NCBI GenBank assembly: GCA_951406725.2
Contig: OX597841.1
Coordinates: forward strand, 20,336,001 to 20,400,000
Origin: Octopus vulgaris
Lineage: Eukaryota
DNA length: 64,000 bases
Direction: 5' to 3'
Shown here: in pieces, positions 16,651 through 28,721 of the stretch
How the letters are laid out: every line of letters begins with the position of its first letter
How positions within the stretch are numbered: the first letter of the stretch is position 1
The notes under the pieces: generated by a model
Seen by the model: the letters and a program-made list of their open reading frames with translations, nothing else
Databases searched by the model: none
Told to the model about the DNA's origin: nothing
Position numbers and translations under genes: made by a program

Positions 16651-18086
16651 TATATATGAGATCAGCGACTGTGTGTTGCTTAAAAAATATATAGTATTAG
16701 CAAGTTGAGTGAGCCCCCATCACTAGCCAGTGATTGCTTCGCACCATGGATGAGAAACTACTCAGAAATCTAGGTCTGTGAGTATCACGTAAAGCTACAG
16801 AAGGGAGTGATGACCTCCCTTGCTTATGCTATATGGGCACAAACTGTGTCAGCAGCCAATTGGAAAAGATGTTTTCCTGAGGCTAAAAAACAGTAACATC
16901 TACCTTGTATGGGACTGCCACATTATGTTGGCAAATAAACTTTACTATTTGGTACTGTTACTGCATCTCTCTTACTCTGAGATTGAAAACCAGTTGTTTT
17001 TCTCTTTATATATGTATATATATATATAAAACTAGCAAAAATGTTAGTTCTAAAATCTCTCTCAGAGATCAATGCAGTAGTTGTACTCTCAAGTAATATC
17101 CATAGCCACTTCAACAGGGCTGTCCATTCAAATGAACTACTATGATTTTTGGAACTCCAATGGGACATTTCCTCTAGCTAGATGCATAAGTAGCAAGAGG
17201 AGATGTCCTCTTGGGGTTAAAAATTCACAGTAGAGTTTGCTTGAATGGACAGTCGTGTTAAAGCGCGAAATGATCCGGTTCTTGAGTGATGACTGAGGGC
17301 TTCGAATGTCCCGTCCTGTGGTTTTTGTGTCGTCTTCTAGGTGTTTCACGTTCTTGTCCCAGTTTGTATATATTTTTTACTTTTTACATATATATATATA
17401 TATTTTCTTTTACAATAGCCCCTCATGTTGCTCCAAGCCTTGTAGATTAAATTGGGTAGACAGAAACTGTATGGAAGCCTGTTAAATGGACCTTTCCATT
17501 GCTGATTCTATCTCGGTATTCGGTCTATGCACCTATTTTTTTCTGACTTTCCTTCATCATTAGATGAGGTAGATGATGATGATGATGTTTTAGACAGCAC
17601 AAAAGAAAGTGATGCTTTAACCAGCTTCGGATGGGAAAAGTGCACTGATTTCTCTCTATTTGTACATTTGTTTAACAATAACAATGCAGGAATCACAAAT
17701 AGATTTATACTCGTACTGGCTATGCAAAAGAAAGTGAATATTTTACAGCACTATGTAAATTTTTATAGCTTTTGTACCTATTTAAAGTGAAAATATGTAT
17801 AAAAATTATCCTTAAGAAAAAGACATTTTTAACTTTTGTCTGTTTGGCATGCACATGTAAGCCTTTCTTGCCATTTCAGGGTTAAGCAACTGGAATGCTT
17901 AGTGTGAAAACCAACAGAAGGTCCCTTTATTTTTGCCTCTCTTCCTTCCTCTCTCCCTCCTGAAACTTTATTGTTTTATGAAACATTATCATTTCCTCTG
18001 CTCATGTATAAACTAATTTGTGTCTTTTCTCCACTCACCACCACCACCACCACCATACGTACACGTGTGTGTGTGTGTGTGTCCAG

Positions 18087-18230
18087 GTTGCAGCCGAAGT
18101 GTCAGCTCCACTGTCGAAGACTGAAGAAATTGTCCTGTTGGGTGATGACAAGGCGTCGGGAGAGGTGTCACGTCTTATCAGCCAGCTGCCACCTGCAGTC
18201 AGTGCTCTGACTGGTGTCGATATATCTAAG
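18087..18230 (+). CDS. FLOT2: Flotillin-2 penultimate exon
   Basis: (tg)n-tccag|GTT...TCT AAG|gtaag. VAAEVSAPLSKTEEIVLLGDDKASGEVSRLISQLPPAVSALTGVDISK matches FLOT2 IAAKIAAPLTKVDEIVVL...VHALTGVDLSK. Phase 0/0. Confidence 0.95.
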
Positions 18231-18309
18231 GTAAGTCGTCATGGTGACAGAACTGGATGCAACTTGGTGCTTTTGCTGTGTCCCTTTTTCATCTTGTTTT
18301 TGTTTGTTA

Positions 18310-18657
18310 TATTTGTTTCAGTCGTTAGACTGTGGCCATGTTGGGGCACCACCTTGAAAAACACTTTTTTTGAATGAATCAAACCCCAATACTTTCAAGA
18401 ATTTTTTTAAAGCCTGATACTTATTCAATGAGTCTTGTTTTAACTGCTAAGTTATGGGAATGTAAATACACCGACACCATTTGTCAAGCACTGGTGGGGA
18501 ACAGACACAGATACACACACACATAAACAGGTTTCTTTCAGTTTCCATTGACCAAATCCACTCACAAGGTTTTAGCTTACCTGAGGTGCTGAACTGTGGG
18601 ATTGAACCTGGAACCATGTGATTGAGAAGCAAGCTTCTTACCACACAGCCATGCCTG
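18310..18657 (-). mobile_element. tRNA-derived SINE family A (central GT/CA microsatellite)
   Basis: Shared blocks ggctgtgtggtaagaagcttg / gtggatttggtagacggaaactgaaagaagcc / ccagcatggccgcagtcaaatgactgaaac. Other copies at ~21020-21280(+), 25955-26115(+), 28478-28878(-), 36355-36500(-), 43535-43900(-), 60825-60960(-). Confidence 0.8.
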
Positions 18658-19719
18658 CTAATTTAAAAAAAAAAAATTTTATGATTACTTCGATAGCTTT
18701 TTGTGGTTAAGACTGTTTTGACTATTGACTTCATGTAAGACATGGGACTGCATTGGCCAGTCAGCCCTGAAATGTATAATATCACAAGAATCCTACAACT
18801 AATTTTGTTTACCTTTATTTTGAAGGCAGTTGGCCCCTTTCTACTATAAAAGGAGAACACTCTAATCCCTTTTATCATTTTTTTTCTGTTCTGTATGAAA
18901 ATCGTTACAGGACTGGGCCTTTGACTAGTTTAGTCTGAGCAGTATTGATGTTAGCTATGAAATAACCATATGAGAGTTTTCTCTCTCAGCAAATATCACA
19001 GTATTTGTGTGTTCTAATGCAACATCCACTTTGATGTGGTGATTGTTCTGCCTTTAGGTATTAATACTTCCTCTATCGCTCTTGTTTTTTCTTTGTTTTT
19101 TTTTTTTTGGTGGGATATTAAAAGTTAATGTCATGTTTGTACTCGTGGCTCTAGATTGTCATCGTTGTGTGTCCTGTTGATGATAACTATGATGTGGTTA
19201 AAAGTGTTGCTATTTACCTCTTAGCTGGCCTTCATCAAGTAGATTTATGAGCAAAGGGATTCCAACTTTGACTTTCCCAGTTGTTTTTTATACATGTCAG
19301 GAACTACCTTGTTCAATGCATTCATGTTGACAAACCTGGGTTCTGATTTGTGGCCGAGAGATTGTCGAAGCTTCTTTGTTGACTCATAGATAAGTCTATC
19401 TACAAAGTCAAAGTCTCTCTCATTGATTCATACATATACAAAATAGTAAGGGGTAATTTGAGAGAGATTTGCTGCTATTTCTAGCTGGTTTAGCAACCAT
19501 GTAGAGGTTCCTTGTAGTTAATGTTAGTATTCTTATTGCTATTCATATAAAAGACATCATATGATATTGCTGCTGTTTTCAGCCAGAGATCAAATCCTGC
19601 CATGGTCATATAATTGACTTGTAAAAGGTCACTAGTTGCTTCTTTGCACTTTTGGGGTGCAACTTGGGTGCAACTCAATTTCCTTTCCTTTTGTTTCCAG
19701 ATTCTACCAGTCAGAAACA

Positions 19720-20240
19720 ACAAGACGCAAACGTAAAAAATATATATACTTTATTCTCTTATAATGGTAAGAAATAAGTGGTATATCTGGTTCCGCTTGG
19801 TATGGATGTGTCAGAGCTGAAACTTTATCGCTTGTAAGATTTTACAATGTTCAGCCGCTAAAACCAGAACTGGTCAAAATGGCATCCGGAGGGAGAAGAT
19901 GATGTGGGCTGCAACAAATGTCAGGTTGAAAGTCTTCTGCTGACTGCTGCTATATCAAATCCGGAGAGAGAGAGAATTACACGTCTGGTGCCTTCGTTTG
20001 CTGTGCCTCAAGTCACTGCCTACTGGACGCTGGTGGTCAACGTTTTATGCTCCCTTGCCTCTTTGTTAAAGCTCGCTTTTTCCCTGCCATTCAACTAATG
20101 CCACAACAGCAAATTCCCTCTTCCGGTCTTCGCGTATGCGCGAGAGGGCGTTGCGCGTGCGCGCTGTTGGATAGCGTCACTACAGACTATTCCCTTCCCC
20201 TAATCGTTTGCTTTGTGCTGATGCAGAAAGCAGTTCTTAT
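19720..20240. promoter_or_regulatory. CpG-rich, non-repetitive island in the last FLOT2 intron (promoter/enhancer-like)
   Basis: About a dozen CpGs in 20120-20210 against a CpG-poor background. Motifs: cttccgg (ETS-like), gcgcgtgcgc and cgcgtatgcg (NRF1-like), caaaatggc (YY1-like, ~19875). Function is inferred only. Confidence 0.4.
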
Positions 20241-20254
20241 TATTATTGAATTGG

Positions 20255-21955
20255 TGATAGCTTGAGCTGGCAGAATAGTAAGCACACTGGCTTTATGTTC
20301 TGAGTTCAAATTCTGCCAAGGTTGACTTTACCTTTCATCCTTTCAGGGTTGATTAATTGGTTTACCCTCCCACCTCAAAATGCTGTCTTTGTGCCAAAAA
20401 TTTGAAATCATTATTTCATTGGTGAAGGTGTGAGCTGGCAGAATTCTTAGCATGCCAGATAAAGTTGTAGACAAAGGTCGACTTTGCCTTTCATCCATTT
20501 GGAGTCAATGAAGTAAGTACCGGTTGAGTACTGGGGGTGATGTAATCAACTTAAGCCTTTCTCTAAAATTTCTGCCATGTGTCTATAGTGAAAAGAGAAA
20601 TATATTGTGTATGCTGTTTGTTTGTATGGTCTGGATGTTTTGGCTATGTATTTGTCTGCATAGTTCTTATCATCCCCAAAGTATTAAAGGGACAGTTACT
20701 GGTTCTGATCCCTAAATCCTGATTGTTTTCATTTCCAGGTATTAATACTTGGATAAAAGTAATTTCTAATCTGATTCAGTCGTCTCTATGGCCAGGGAGA
20801 GAATCGTTTGGCTAGGAATTCATGGCTTATTTACTTTTTTCCTTCATAGAACTGCAGTTCTTATTTTGTTGTTCTCTTTTGCCAAACTGCTAAGTTATGG
20901 GGGACAAAATATCTCCTGGCATTGTTAAATTTTTTTCAGAAGTTGAGTGAAAAGAATACAATATATTTATGCATTTATTTAATGAAATTTTTTTTCTCTA
21001 ATTTTTTTCTTTTCATCATTGAGTGGATTTGGTAGATGGAAATTGAGAGAAGCCCACTGCACACATATATATGTGTGTGCGTGTCTTTGTGCCTGTGTTT
21101 ATCTCCACCAGCATCGCTTGACAACTGATGTTGGTGTGTTTATATCCCCGTAATGTAGTGGTTCAACAAAAGAGACTCCTATAATAAATACTAGGCTTAA
21201 AAAATTGATTTGTTCGACTAAAACCCTTCAAGGCGGTGCTCCAGCATGGCTTCAGTCAAATGACTGAAACAAGTAAAAGAATATCATTTGATAATTTCTC
21301 CATTTCATTGCATACATTTGGACTTCTGCATCAATTAGAATTCATTTCCCTTCCTGGTGGTCCTTCACAACAATATGTCTCCCTTTCGCTACATTCTGCC
21401 AGTATCGACTTTACCTTTCATCCTTTCAGGATCGATTAAATATATATGAATTGCACATTAGGGTCGAAGTTATTGACTTACCCCTCCTCTGAAATTGCTG
21501 GCCTTGTGCCAAAATTTGAAATCATTATTGTTGATGAAGGCAGAATTGTTAGCAAAATGATTGACGGCATTTTGTCCATCTTCATATTCTTCAAGGGTTG
21601 ACTTTGCCTTTCATCGTTTCAGGGTCAATAAAATAAGTACCAGTTGAGCCCTGGGGTCGATGTAACCAACTTACCCTGTTCCCTAAAACTTGATGATTGT
21701 GTGCCAAAATTTGAAACCATTATTATTTTTATTTATAGTAATAATAATAATATAGTAAGGCAGTGAGCTGGCAGAATCGTTAGCCAAGCATTTTGCCCTT
21801 GCTATGTTCTGAGTTCAAATTCCATTGAGGCCAACTTTGCCTTTCATCCATTTGAAGTTGATAAATTAAGTACCAGTGAAGTACTGGGGTCAGTGTGATT
21901 GACTTACCCCCTCCACACAAATTTCAGGCTTTGTGCCTTTAGTAGAAAGGATTAT
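20255..21955 (+). mobile_element. Cluster of about five SINE family B copies (tRNA head, Nin/Deu-like core), in two head-to-tail runs
   Basis: Repeated gagctggcagaat..ttagc, gcctttcatcc....ggtc.ataaa.taagtacc and gtgccaaaatttgaaa.cattatt at ~20255-20590 and ~21400-21955. Other copies at 27700-27925(-), 38405-38612(+), 62720-62895(-). Confidence 0.8.
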
Positions 21956-22369
21956 TATTGTTGTTGTTGTTGTTGCTTTGTTATAATTTCTTAAATTCTA
22001 AGTGAAATGTTTAACATGTTCTTTAATTCCTTCCTTGTACAGAAATTCGGACTTTTATCAGACCGAATTCCGCTTCTTGCTCAAAAGTCTTAACATTGTG
22101 TTGTAAATGGTCTTTTGACCCTGTAGCCAGGTGGTAAGTTTGTTTGGTGCACCTTTTTGTCACACCCCTAGATGATTGCAATAGTTGCAGTGTGCAGCAG
22201 TTTCTATCTAACACTAGTTGCAGTAGATTTGATTCTTTTGTTGAGCAATGGATTTGGTGCAGCTTTTAGTGTGGTTCTACTACTTGGATAAACTGAAATG
22301 GTAAGAACAGAGGCCATTTTGGTGGCAGTAGAAGACTCAGAGATATTCTCATGTTCTTTTATCTACTGT

Positions 22370-22675
22370 CGTGAAGGCACGTGGGTTAGTGGCTAGGAGT
22401 ATTTGGCTCTTGATTGTAAGGTGGTGCGTTGTGTTCTTCAGCCAGACCCTTTATTTCACTTTATTGCTCCAGTCCACTCAGCTGACGAAAATGTGGAGTA
22501 CATGTATTTCAAAGGGACCAGCTATGTCACATACTGTGTCATGCTGAATCTCCCTGTGTTAAGGGTCTTTGTGTTTGTGGAGTACTCAGCCACTTGCACA
22601 TTAATTTCATGAGCAGGCTGTTCTGTTGAGCAGATCAACTGGAGCCCTCATCATTTTAACTGATGGAGTGCCAGT
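22370..22675 (+). mobile_element. SINE family C
   Basis: tRNA-like head, then ccagtccactcagctg...aaatg and taatttcatgagcaggctg. An interrupted copy lies at ~12140-12435. Confidence 0.65.
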
Positions 22676-22824
22676 TACTGTTGGGGCAACAGAGGAGAGA
22701 GAGTATTTGTAAAGAATGCATCTGGAGTCAATACATCTGAACATCAGAGAATTAGTCTAATCTTAAGCCGGTAGGAGAGAAAGAGAGAGAGAGGTGTCAG
22801 CCCCTCACACTACAACATATCATT

Positions 22825-23105
22825 AGTAGAGTTTACTTAATTGATAGGGCTAATTCACTGCTTGGTTTAACCCATGGTTGGTCCCTGGAGGCTTTCAGCA
22901 GAGTTTACTTGGAGGATAGGCCTATGCACTGCCTGGTTTAACACACCAACCATATTGATGGCCCTTGTGTGCTTTTAGCACTTGAGTTCACTTAGGTGAA
23001 CTAAGGTGGTGGGTCTGATCCTCATATCCTCACTGTCTGGTTGCTCCTTGGGTGTTTTCAACAGAGTTCATGTGGGTGGTAGTCGAATGTACTACTTTGT
23101 TTCAC
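22825..23105 (+). repeat. Degenerate ~70-90-bp tandem repeat (~4 units)
   Basis: Recurrent agagtttactt/gagttcactt/agagttcatg...cactgc.tggtttaac...gcttt.agc. Confidence 0.6.
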
Positions 23106-25328
23106 CCTTTCATTACCAACCTGTCCCAAAACAACCTGAGAATTTGTTTTTGGCTTATGTTACCAACCTGCCTAGAACCACCTGAGATAACCTAGTCATA
23201 TTTAATCCTTTAGCATTCAAACTGGCCATATCTGGCCCCAAATATTCTACCTGTTCAAAACTAGCCAGATCTGGTCTCTCACACTTACCCTAGAAAGTCA
23301 TTCTAAAACTAAACAATCACATCATTGAAGGCTCAAAACTATGAAATGATGACTAATTCTAAACAATGTGAATAAATAAGCAATACATTTGACAGAGTAA
23401 ATTGATTGCTAAAGGGTTAAATGTAAATTTCAGTGTAAATCTTGTTAGTATATTCATGAAAACACGATTCCACTATGCAAAACAGTGTACGGCAATGTTT
23501 GATGTGATAACTGATTGCTTTGAGTTTTTAGAGAATTCTTTCCTTGTGGATTCTTCTGGAACTTTTTACCACAGATAAAAAATGAATACCAATTTCCTGT
23601 TGTCAAGCAGCAAATCAGAATTCAAAGGAAAATATGGAAGAATCTAGCAAAATAGACAGTCAACATATAATCCATAAGTCATCATCATCGTTTAATGTCC
23701 ATTTTCTGCACTAGCACGGGTTGGACAGTTCGAGCGGGGTCTGGGAAGCCAGGGGCTGCACCAGGCTCCAGTCTGATCTGGCAGTGTTTCTACAGCTGTG
23801 ATTTTTAAACCAGTATTTGGCTCATGATTGTAAGTGTGGTTTTTAAACCAGATATCTAGCCCCTTGCCATACTCAAGAAGACCTGTCCTCCACAGCAGAA
23901 GTGTTAATGCTGCTCTCCCTGTTGAAGAGGATTAGCCTACAAGAGCCCTATGCCAGCATTACATAAAAGTGCCCTTGCCAATACCATGTAAAAGCATCCA
24001 GTTCACTCTGTAAAGTGGTTGGCATTAGGAAGGGCCACCAGCCATAGAAGCCAAGCTGGACCTTGGACAGCGCTCCAGCTTGCTGGTTTCCACCAAACCA
24101 TCCAATCCATGCCTGTTGGAAAATAGGCATTAAATGATGATGATAAGGGTGATTTTAATTTCTAAGAGTGAAATCCGTGATTCTGATAAGTTCTGATAGC
24201 AATTAAGAACATAAATCTGTAGCGGAATGGAGTAAGGATTTGAAAACTCTTTCCTTCATGATTTTCCAAGAGAAACTCGACTTGCCACAGTCTTTTCAAG
24301 GAAACAAAATTGTCAGATTATTCTTTTTTCCTTTCTTTGTTTTTTAACTGTTACATAGAATATAAACAAACTGGAAATTTTTGCATCCAACATTAGGGTC
24401 TAACAAGGCTACCCAGAATTACGAACTGAGAGATAATCCAGTTGTGTGTGTAATTCTTCTTTATTAAAATTCTGTTATTTATGATTTTATCTTTTATCTA
24501 ACTCTGGTTAGTCCCCGAATGCTTTCAGCAGAATTCATGTGGGTGATAAGCTTTAACATACAATGCTACCATCGTTTGGTTATTTGGTTCTTGGATGTCT
24601 TCTGCACAGTTTACATGGGTAGTAAGCCCAATGCAGTAGTTAGGGTTACCATCTCCTGCTATCTGGGGTGGAAGGGAAAGTTTAATACATCATCCAGGTT
24701 GATTTGATGTTCAACAATTCATCTTTTTCCTGGCCGATGCAACTTGCCTTTTGTTAAAATTGATCTGCAATAAACTGGTTCCATTCCTTCAATACACAGA
24801 ATATTTTAACAATTTTTTTACACTCTTCTTAATAATGTTTTGTTATGAAAATATAATGGGAGTTTTTAGACATCAACTGACTATGAGGGTCCCCACCCCT
24901 GAGTAAAATAGGAATCTAAAGGTTAAAAAAATGCTTGAGAACCCCTGCTTTAAATATTTAAAAAGTACCCTCAAAATGATCCTGTCAAAAATGTGTGGGG
25001 ACTTTGTTTCCAACCTAAAGTATGTTATAATGTAAGTGTGCACTCCCATACACACTTGTAGGGGCCAGTGTAACTATGTGATTAAGTTCACTTCCCAACC
25101 ACTAGGTTTGAGGTTCAATCCCACAAGCCTTAGGCTGATCAAAGCTTTAATGAATGAATTTGGTTGACAGAAACTGAAAGAAGCCTGGTGTGTGCGTGTG
25201 TGTGTGTACTTCTCTGTGTTTGTTTAGAATGCATTCTTAATAATGTATTTATATAACTCCTGCTAGCAAGGAAAAATAGATGAACAAAACAACAAATGTG
25301 TGTGTGTGTGTGCGTGTGCGTGTGCGTG

Positions 25329-25365
<37 letters not shown>

Positions 25366-25437
25366 ACGCGCGCGTGTGTGTGTTGTTCAGCAATGATAAG
25401 ATTAACAAAAGAGTTAATCTGGTGAGAGATATTATTT

Positions 25438-25627
25438 AATAGACACAATATATATTTTTATGAGCTATTAATAGTTTCATGCAATAACTGCATCTCAGAG
25501 AGTATTTTTAGCACATCTGTGGCCTTCATCCAATCCTCAGGCGAACGTTTCTGTGAAAGCACAAAAAAGAGATGTTTTCATTACAGGAAATTATTTGTAG
25601 CTCATAAAAATATATATTCTGTTTATT
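25438..25627. repeat. Short fold-back (~58-bp imperfect arms)
   Basis: aatatatatttttatgagcta...catctc versus gagatg...tagctcataaaaatatatatt. Confidence 0.7.
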
Positions 25628-25638
25628 TTATATGCACA

Positions 25639-25716
<78 letters not shown>

Positions 25717-26123
25717 ATAATTTTGTTTTCTGTAGTTTCTTATGCAATTTAAAATTGTTTTTTTATATTTTGAGGGAAAATTTTTTCTTGTTTTATTTTT
25801 TAAAAATATTTTATCATTTTTCTGATAAAATATCTAAAATCAATTTTCTATTTTCTATTTTCTGGTTTCTTTCTTCTATTATTTTTCTATGTTTTCTCTG
25901 TATTTATTGCTTTTGTTTTCACATTTGTGGAAATATCTTTAAATGTTGAATACATGCAGGAGTGGCTGTGTGGTAAGTAGCTTGCTTCCCAACCACATGG
26001 TTCCAGGATCAGTTCCACTGCATGACACTTTGAGAAGGTGTCTTCTTTTATAGCCTCAGGCCAACCAAAGCCTTGTGAGTGGATCTGGTAGATGGAAACT
26101 GAAAGAAGCCCATTGTATATATA

Positions 26124-26170
<47 letters not shown>

Positions 26171-26175
<5 letters not shown>

Positions 26176-26513
26176 TGAAAAAACAAGTCAAGATAGAAAA
26201 TGCTAAAATAATTTTATAAAGAACATTTCAGTACTGGTTTCAGTCATTTTGAGACCTTTTCAACTTTAACGATTAAATAATTAAATTTAGAAAAATTAAA
26301 CAAGAGAGACAGAGAAAGGCAGAGACAAGGAGAATGCCACTTATATTTGAACACTATACAAATATTCTTTTAAAAAAACTTTTCTTTTAATTTTTCTAAA
26401 TTTAATTATTTAATCGTTGCAGTTGAAAAGGTCTCAAAATGACTGAAACCGGTACTGAAATGTTCTTTATACAATTATTTTAGCATTTTCTATCTTGACT
26501 TGTTTTTTCATAT
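26171..26513. mobile_element. Near-perfect fold-back (~125-bp arms), Penelope pseudo-LTR-like
   Basis: aaaacaagtcaagatagaaaatgctaaaataatt...gagaccttttcaact...tttagaaaaattaaa is mirrored at 26385-26513. Each arm carries a minimal-hammerhead-like core. Confidence 0.85.
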
Positions 26514-26539
26514 ATATCAACTCGTGTGTTCCTTTTCAT

Positions 26540-26573
<34 letters not shown>

Positions 26574-26586
26574 GTATGTATGTATG

Positions 26587-26660
<74 letters not shown>

Positions 26661-26867
26661 TACATATTTTCAATAGTCTATTGAAAAGGTTGCAAGACGC
26701 AACGAACATTTTAGGAAAATATAAATAAGAAATAAGTGGAAATTTTACCAGTGAGTGTGTTAAATTACAAGGCACAAAAAGAAAATGGCTCTCCCCAGAC
26801 ACAACAGAATATGCTTCAACACACAAACTCATATAAAGAATCTTGCAAGCCAAATCCAAAAACAAAA

Positions 26868-26909
<42 letters not shown>

Positions 26910-26971
26910 ATTTCGCAATGAGGTAAAAAAAACCAAGGCTGTGTAGATATTAGAACATTTATAGATAGAAG

Positions 26972-27023
26972 GTCTTACAGCTGCTTGTAGGATATTTATT
27001 GATTATATCCCTTCATCAGAGAC
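26972..27023 (-). ncRNA. Degenerate minimal hammerhead ribozyme (Penelope-type)
   Basis: Minus strand reads GTCT-CTGATGA-AGGGATAT(aatcaataa)ATATCCT-aCAAG-CAGCTG-TA-AGAC. Stems I and II and a palindromic stem III are present, but core GAAA reads CAAG. Confidence 0.6.
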
Positions 27024-28687
27024 GGTGTGAGAGGATGGTTAAGTAATAATTAATTTAGATAAGATATAAAATAGAGAGTGAGGTGGAGGAAATAAAAGAA
27101 AATAGATGTGAGATATGTAGGGATATTGCATTTGTAGATCCATTTTTTTTAGGCAGAATAGTACACATATTCCAATACCTTATGAGTAAAATCCAACAGT
27201 ATTTAAAATTGGTCGTTCCAAGTATAGAGTTTATACACAGTGTTATTGAATCCAGAATTGTTGTTTAAAGTGACCTAAATATATATACACACACACGGTG
27301 GCCTTCTTTCAGTTTGCATCTACCAAATCCACTCACAAGGCTTTGGTCGACCTTAGACTATAGAAGACATGACTTATATATATCTCATATGTAAGAAACA
27401 TTTCTTGATATCATCACAATATTTGAAAAAAATTTTCTTAAGTTAGAAATTATTAATTTCATTGAAGACAAAAAACAGATTAACACAGATTTGAAAGGGG
27501 AAGTTTTTGTGAAGGCCCTTACAGAAAAATCCTTTTCCCATCAGTTTCTCTTAATTTGCCCTATTTAAAAAATTTTTTGAAGAGTTGTTAGTGCCTCATT
27601 GTTTGGACACCATGTTATAATTGTAAACAAGCTTCCCTGTCATATAAGTGATGTTTTTTTGTTTCCATGCTTTCATGAGAACAAGTCTGGTTATGGGGAA
27701 ATATTGATTTCAAATTTTGGCACAACACCAGCAATTTCAGAGAAGCGAATACGTTGATGTAATCGACCTATTCTCAGTGCTCAATGGGTACTTAATTTAT
27801 TGATTCCGAAAGGATGACCAGCAAAGTCAATTACTGGCTGCATTTGAACTTGGAATTTTAAGACAGACTAAATGCTGCTAAGCATTCTGCCCAGCGTGCT
27901 AATGATTCTGCCAGCTCACCACCTTACCATATGAGAAATATTACCTTGCTTGGAAACAGGTGAGAGAAAGGAAAGGTATCTGGCTGCAGATCTGCCTCAG
28001 TAAACGCAGTCTGTGAATACCAATGCAAGCATCGAAAAGTGGACATTAAAATGATGATGAGGACTCGGGGGGGGGGGGGGGGATATTCCCACATCAGAGA
28101 TCTGGCCTGAAAGTGAATGTGTGTGTGTAAAGCTGTCTCCTAAACAGTGTGGCCTGATTACTTTGACTCTGCCAGTCTTTATTCAACTGGTCTTGTAATT
28201 TAGGATGAAAGACAAAGGTGACCTTGGAATACAAGCACTAGCATAGCTAGAGTGTGTGCTGTCTGGGGTGGCCCTTCTGTTTGCTGCCCCTGGACCCCAC
28301 AAAAAACACACATTATCTACAGCAGACCCAAAAGTGCCCCACCCCCTCTACACTAGTGACTACAAGGCATTTCATCTGCCAATTTCCTACCATTAACTGA
28401 TTATAACACTAAAGAGTTGACTGTCATTTCTAGCATGCCAAGTGACCAGATGTAGTACAACTTGTATCCATTTTGCTTTTATTTGTTTCAGTCATTTGAC
28501 TGCAGCCATGCTGGGGCACTGCCTTGAAGGGTTTAAGTCAAACAAATCGACCCCGCCAGGACTTTTTTTTAAGCCTAGTACTTATTCTATTGATCTGATC
28601 TCTTATGCCGGACTGCTAAGTTATCGGGGACACACCAGCACTGGGTGTCTAGTGGTGATGGGGGACAAACATAGACACAAAGACATG

Positions 28688-28721
<34 letters not shown>

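Noticed and set aside
19804-19830. GGATGTG start resembling 7SK RNA
   Set aside because: No GATC-containing 5' stem, Pol III terminator or 3' hairpin was recognisable.
20255-21955. tRNA genes or a CRISPR-like array
   Set aside because: A/B-box-like heads continue into SINE bodies without a cloverleaf; units are diverged SINEs with no repeat-spacer regularity or cas genes.
25510-25560. Hammerhead in the 25438-25627 spacer (ctgagga / gaaa on the - strand)
   Set aside because: The required stems cannot be formed convincingly.
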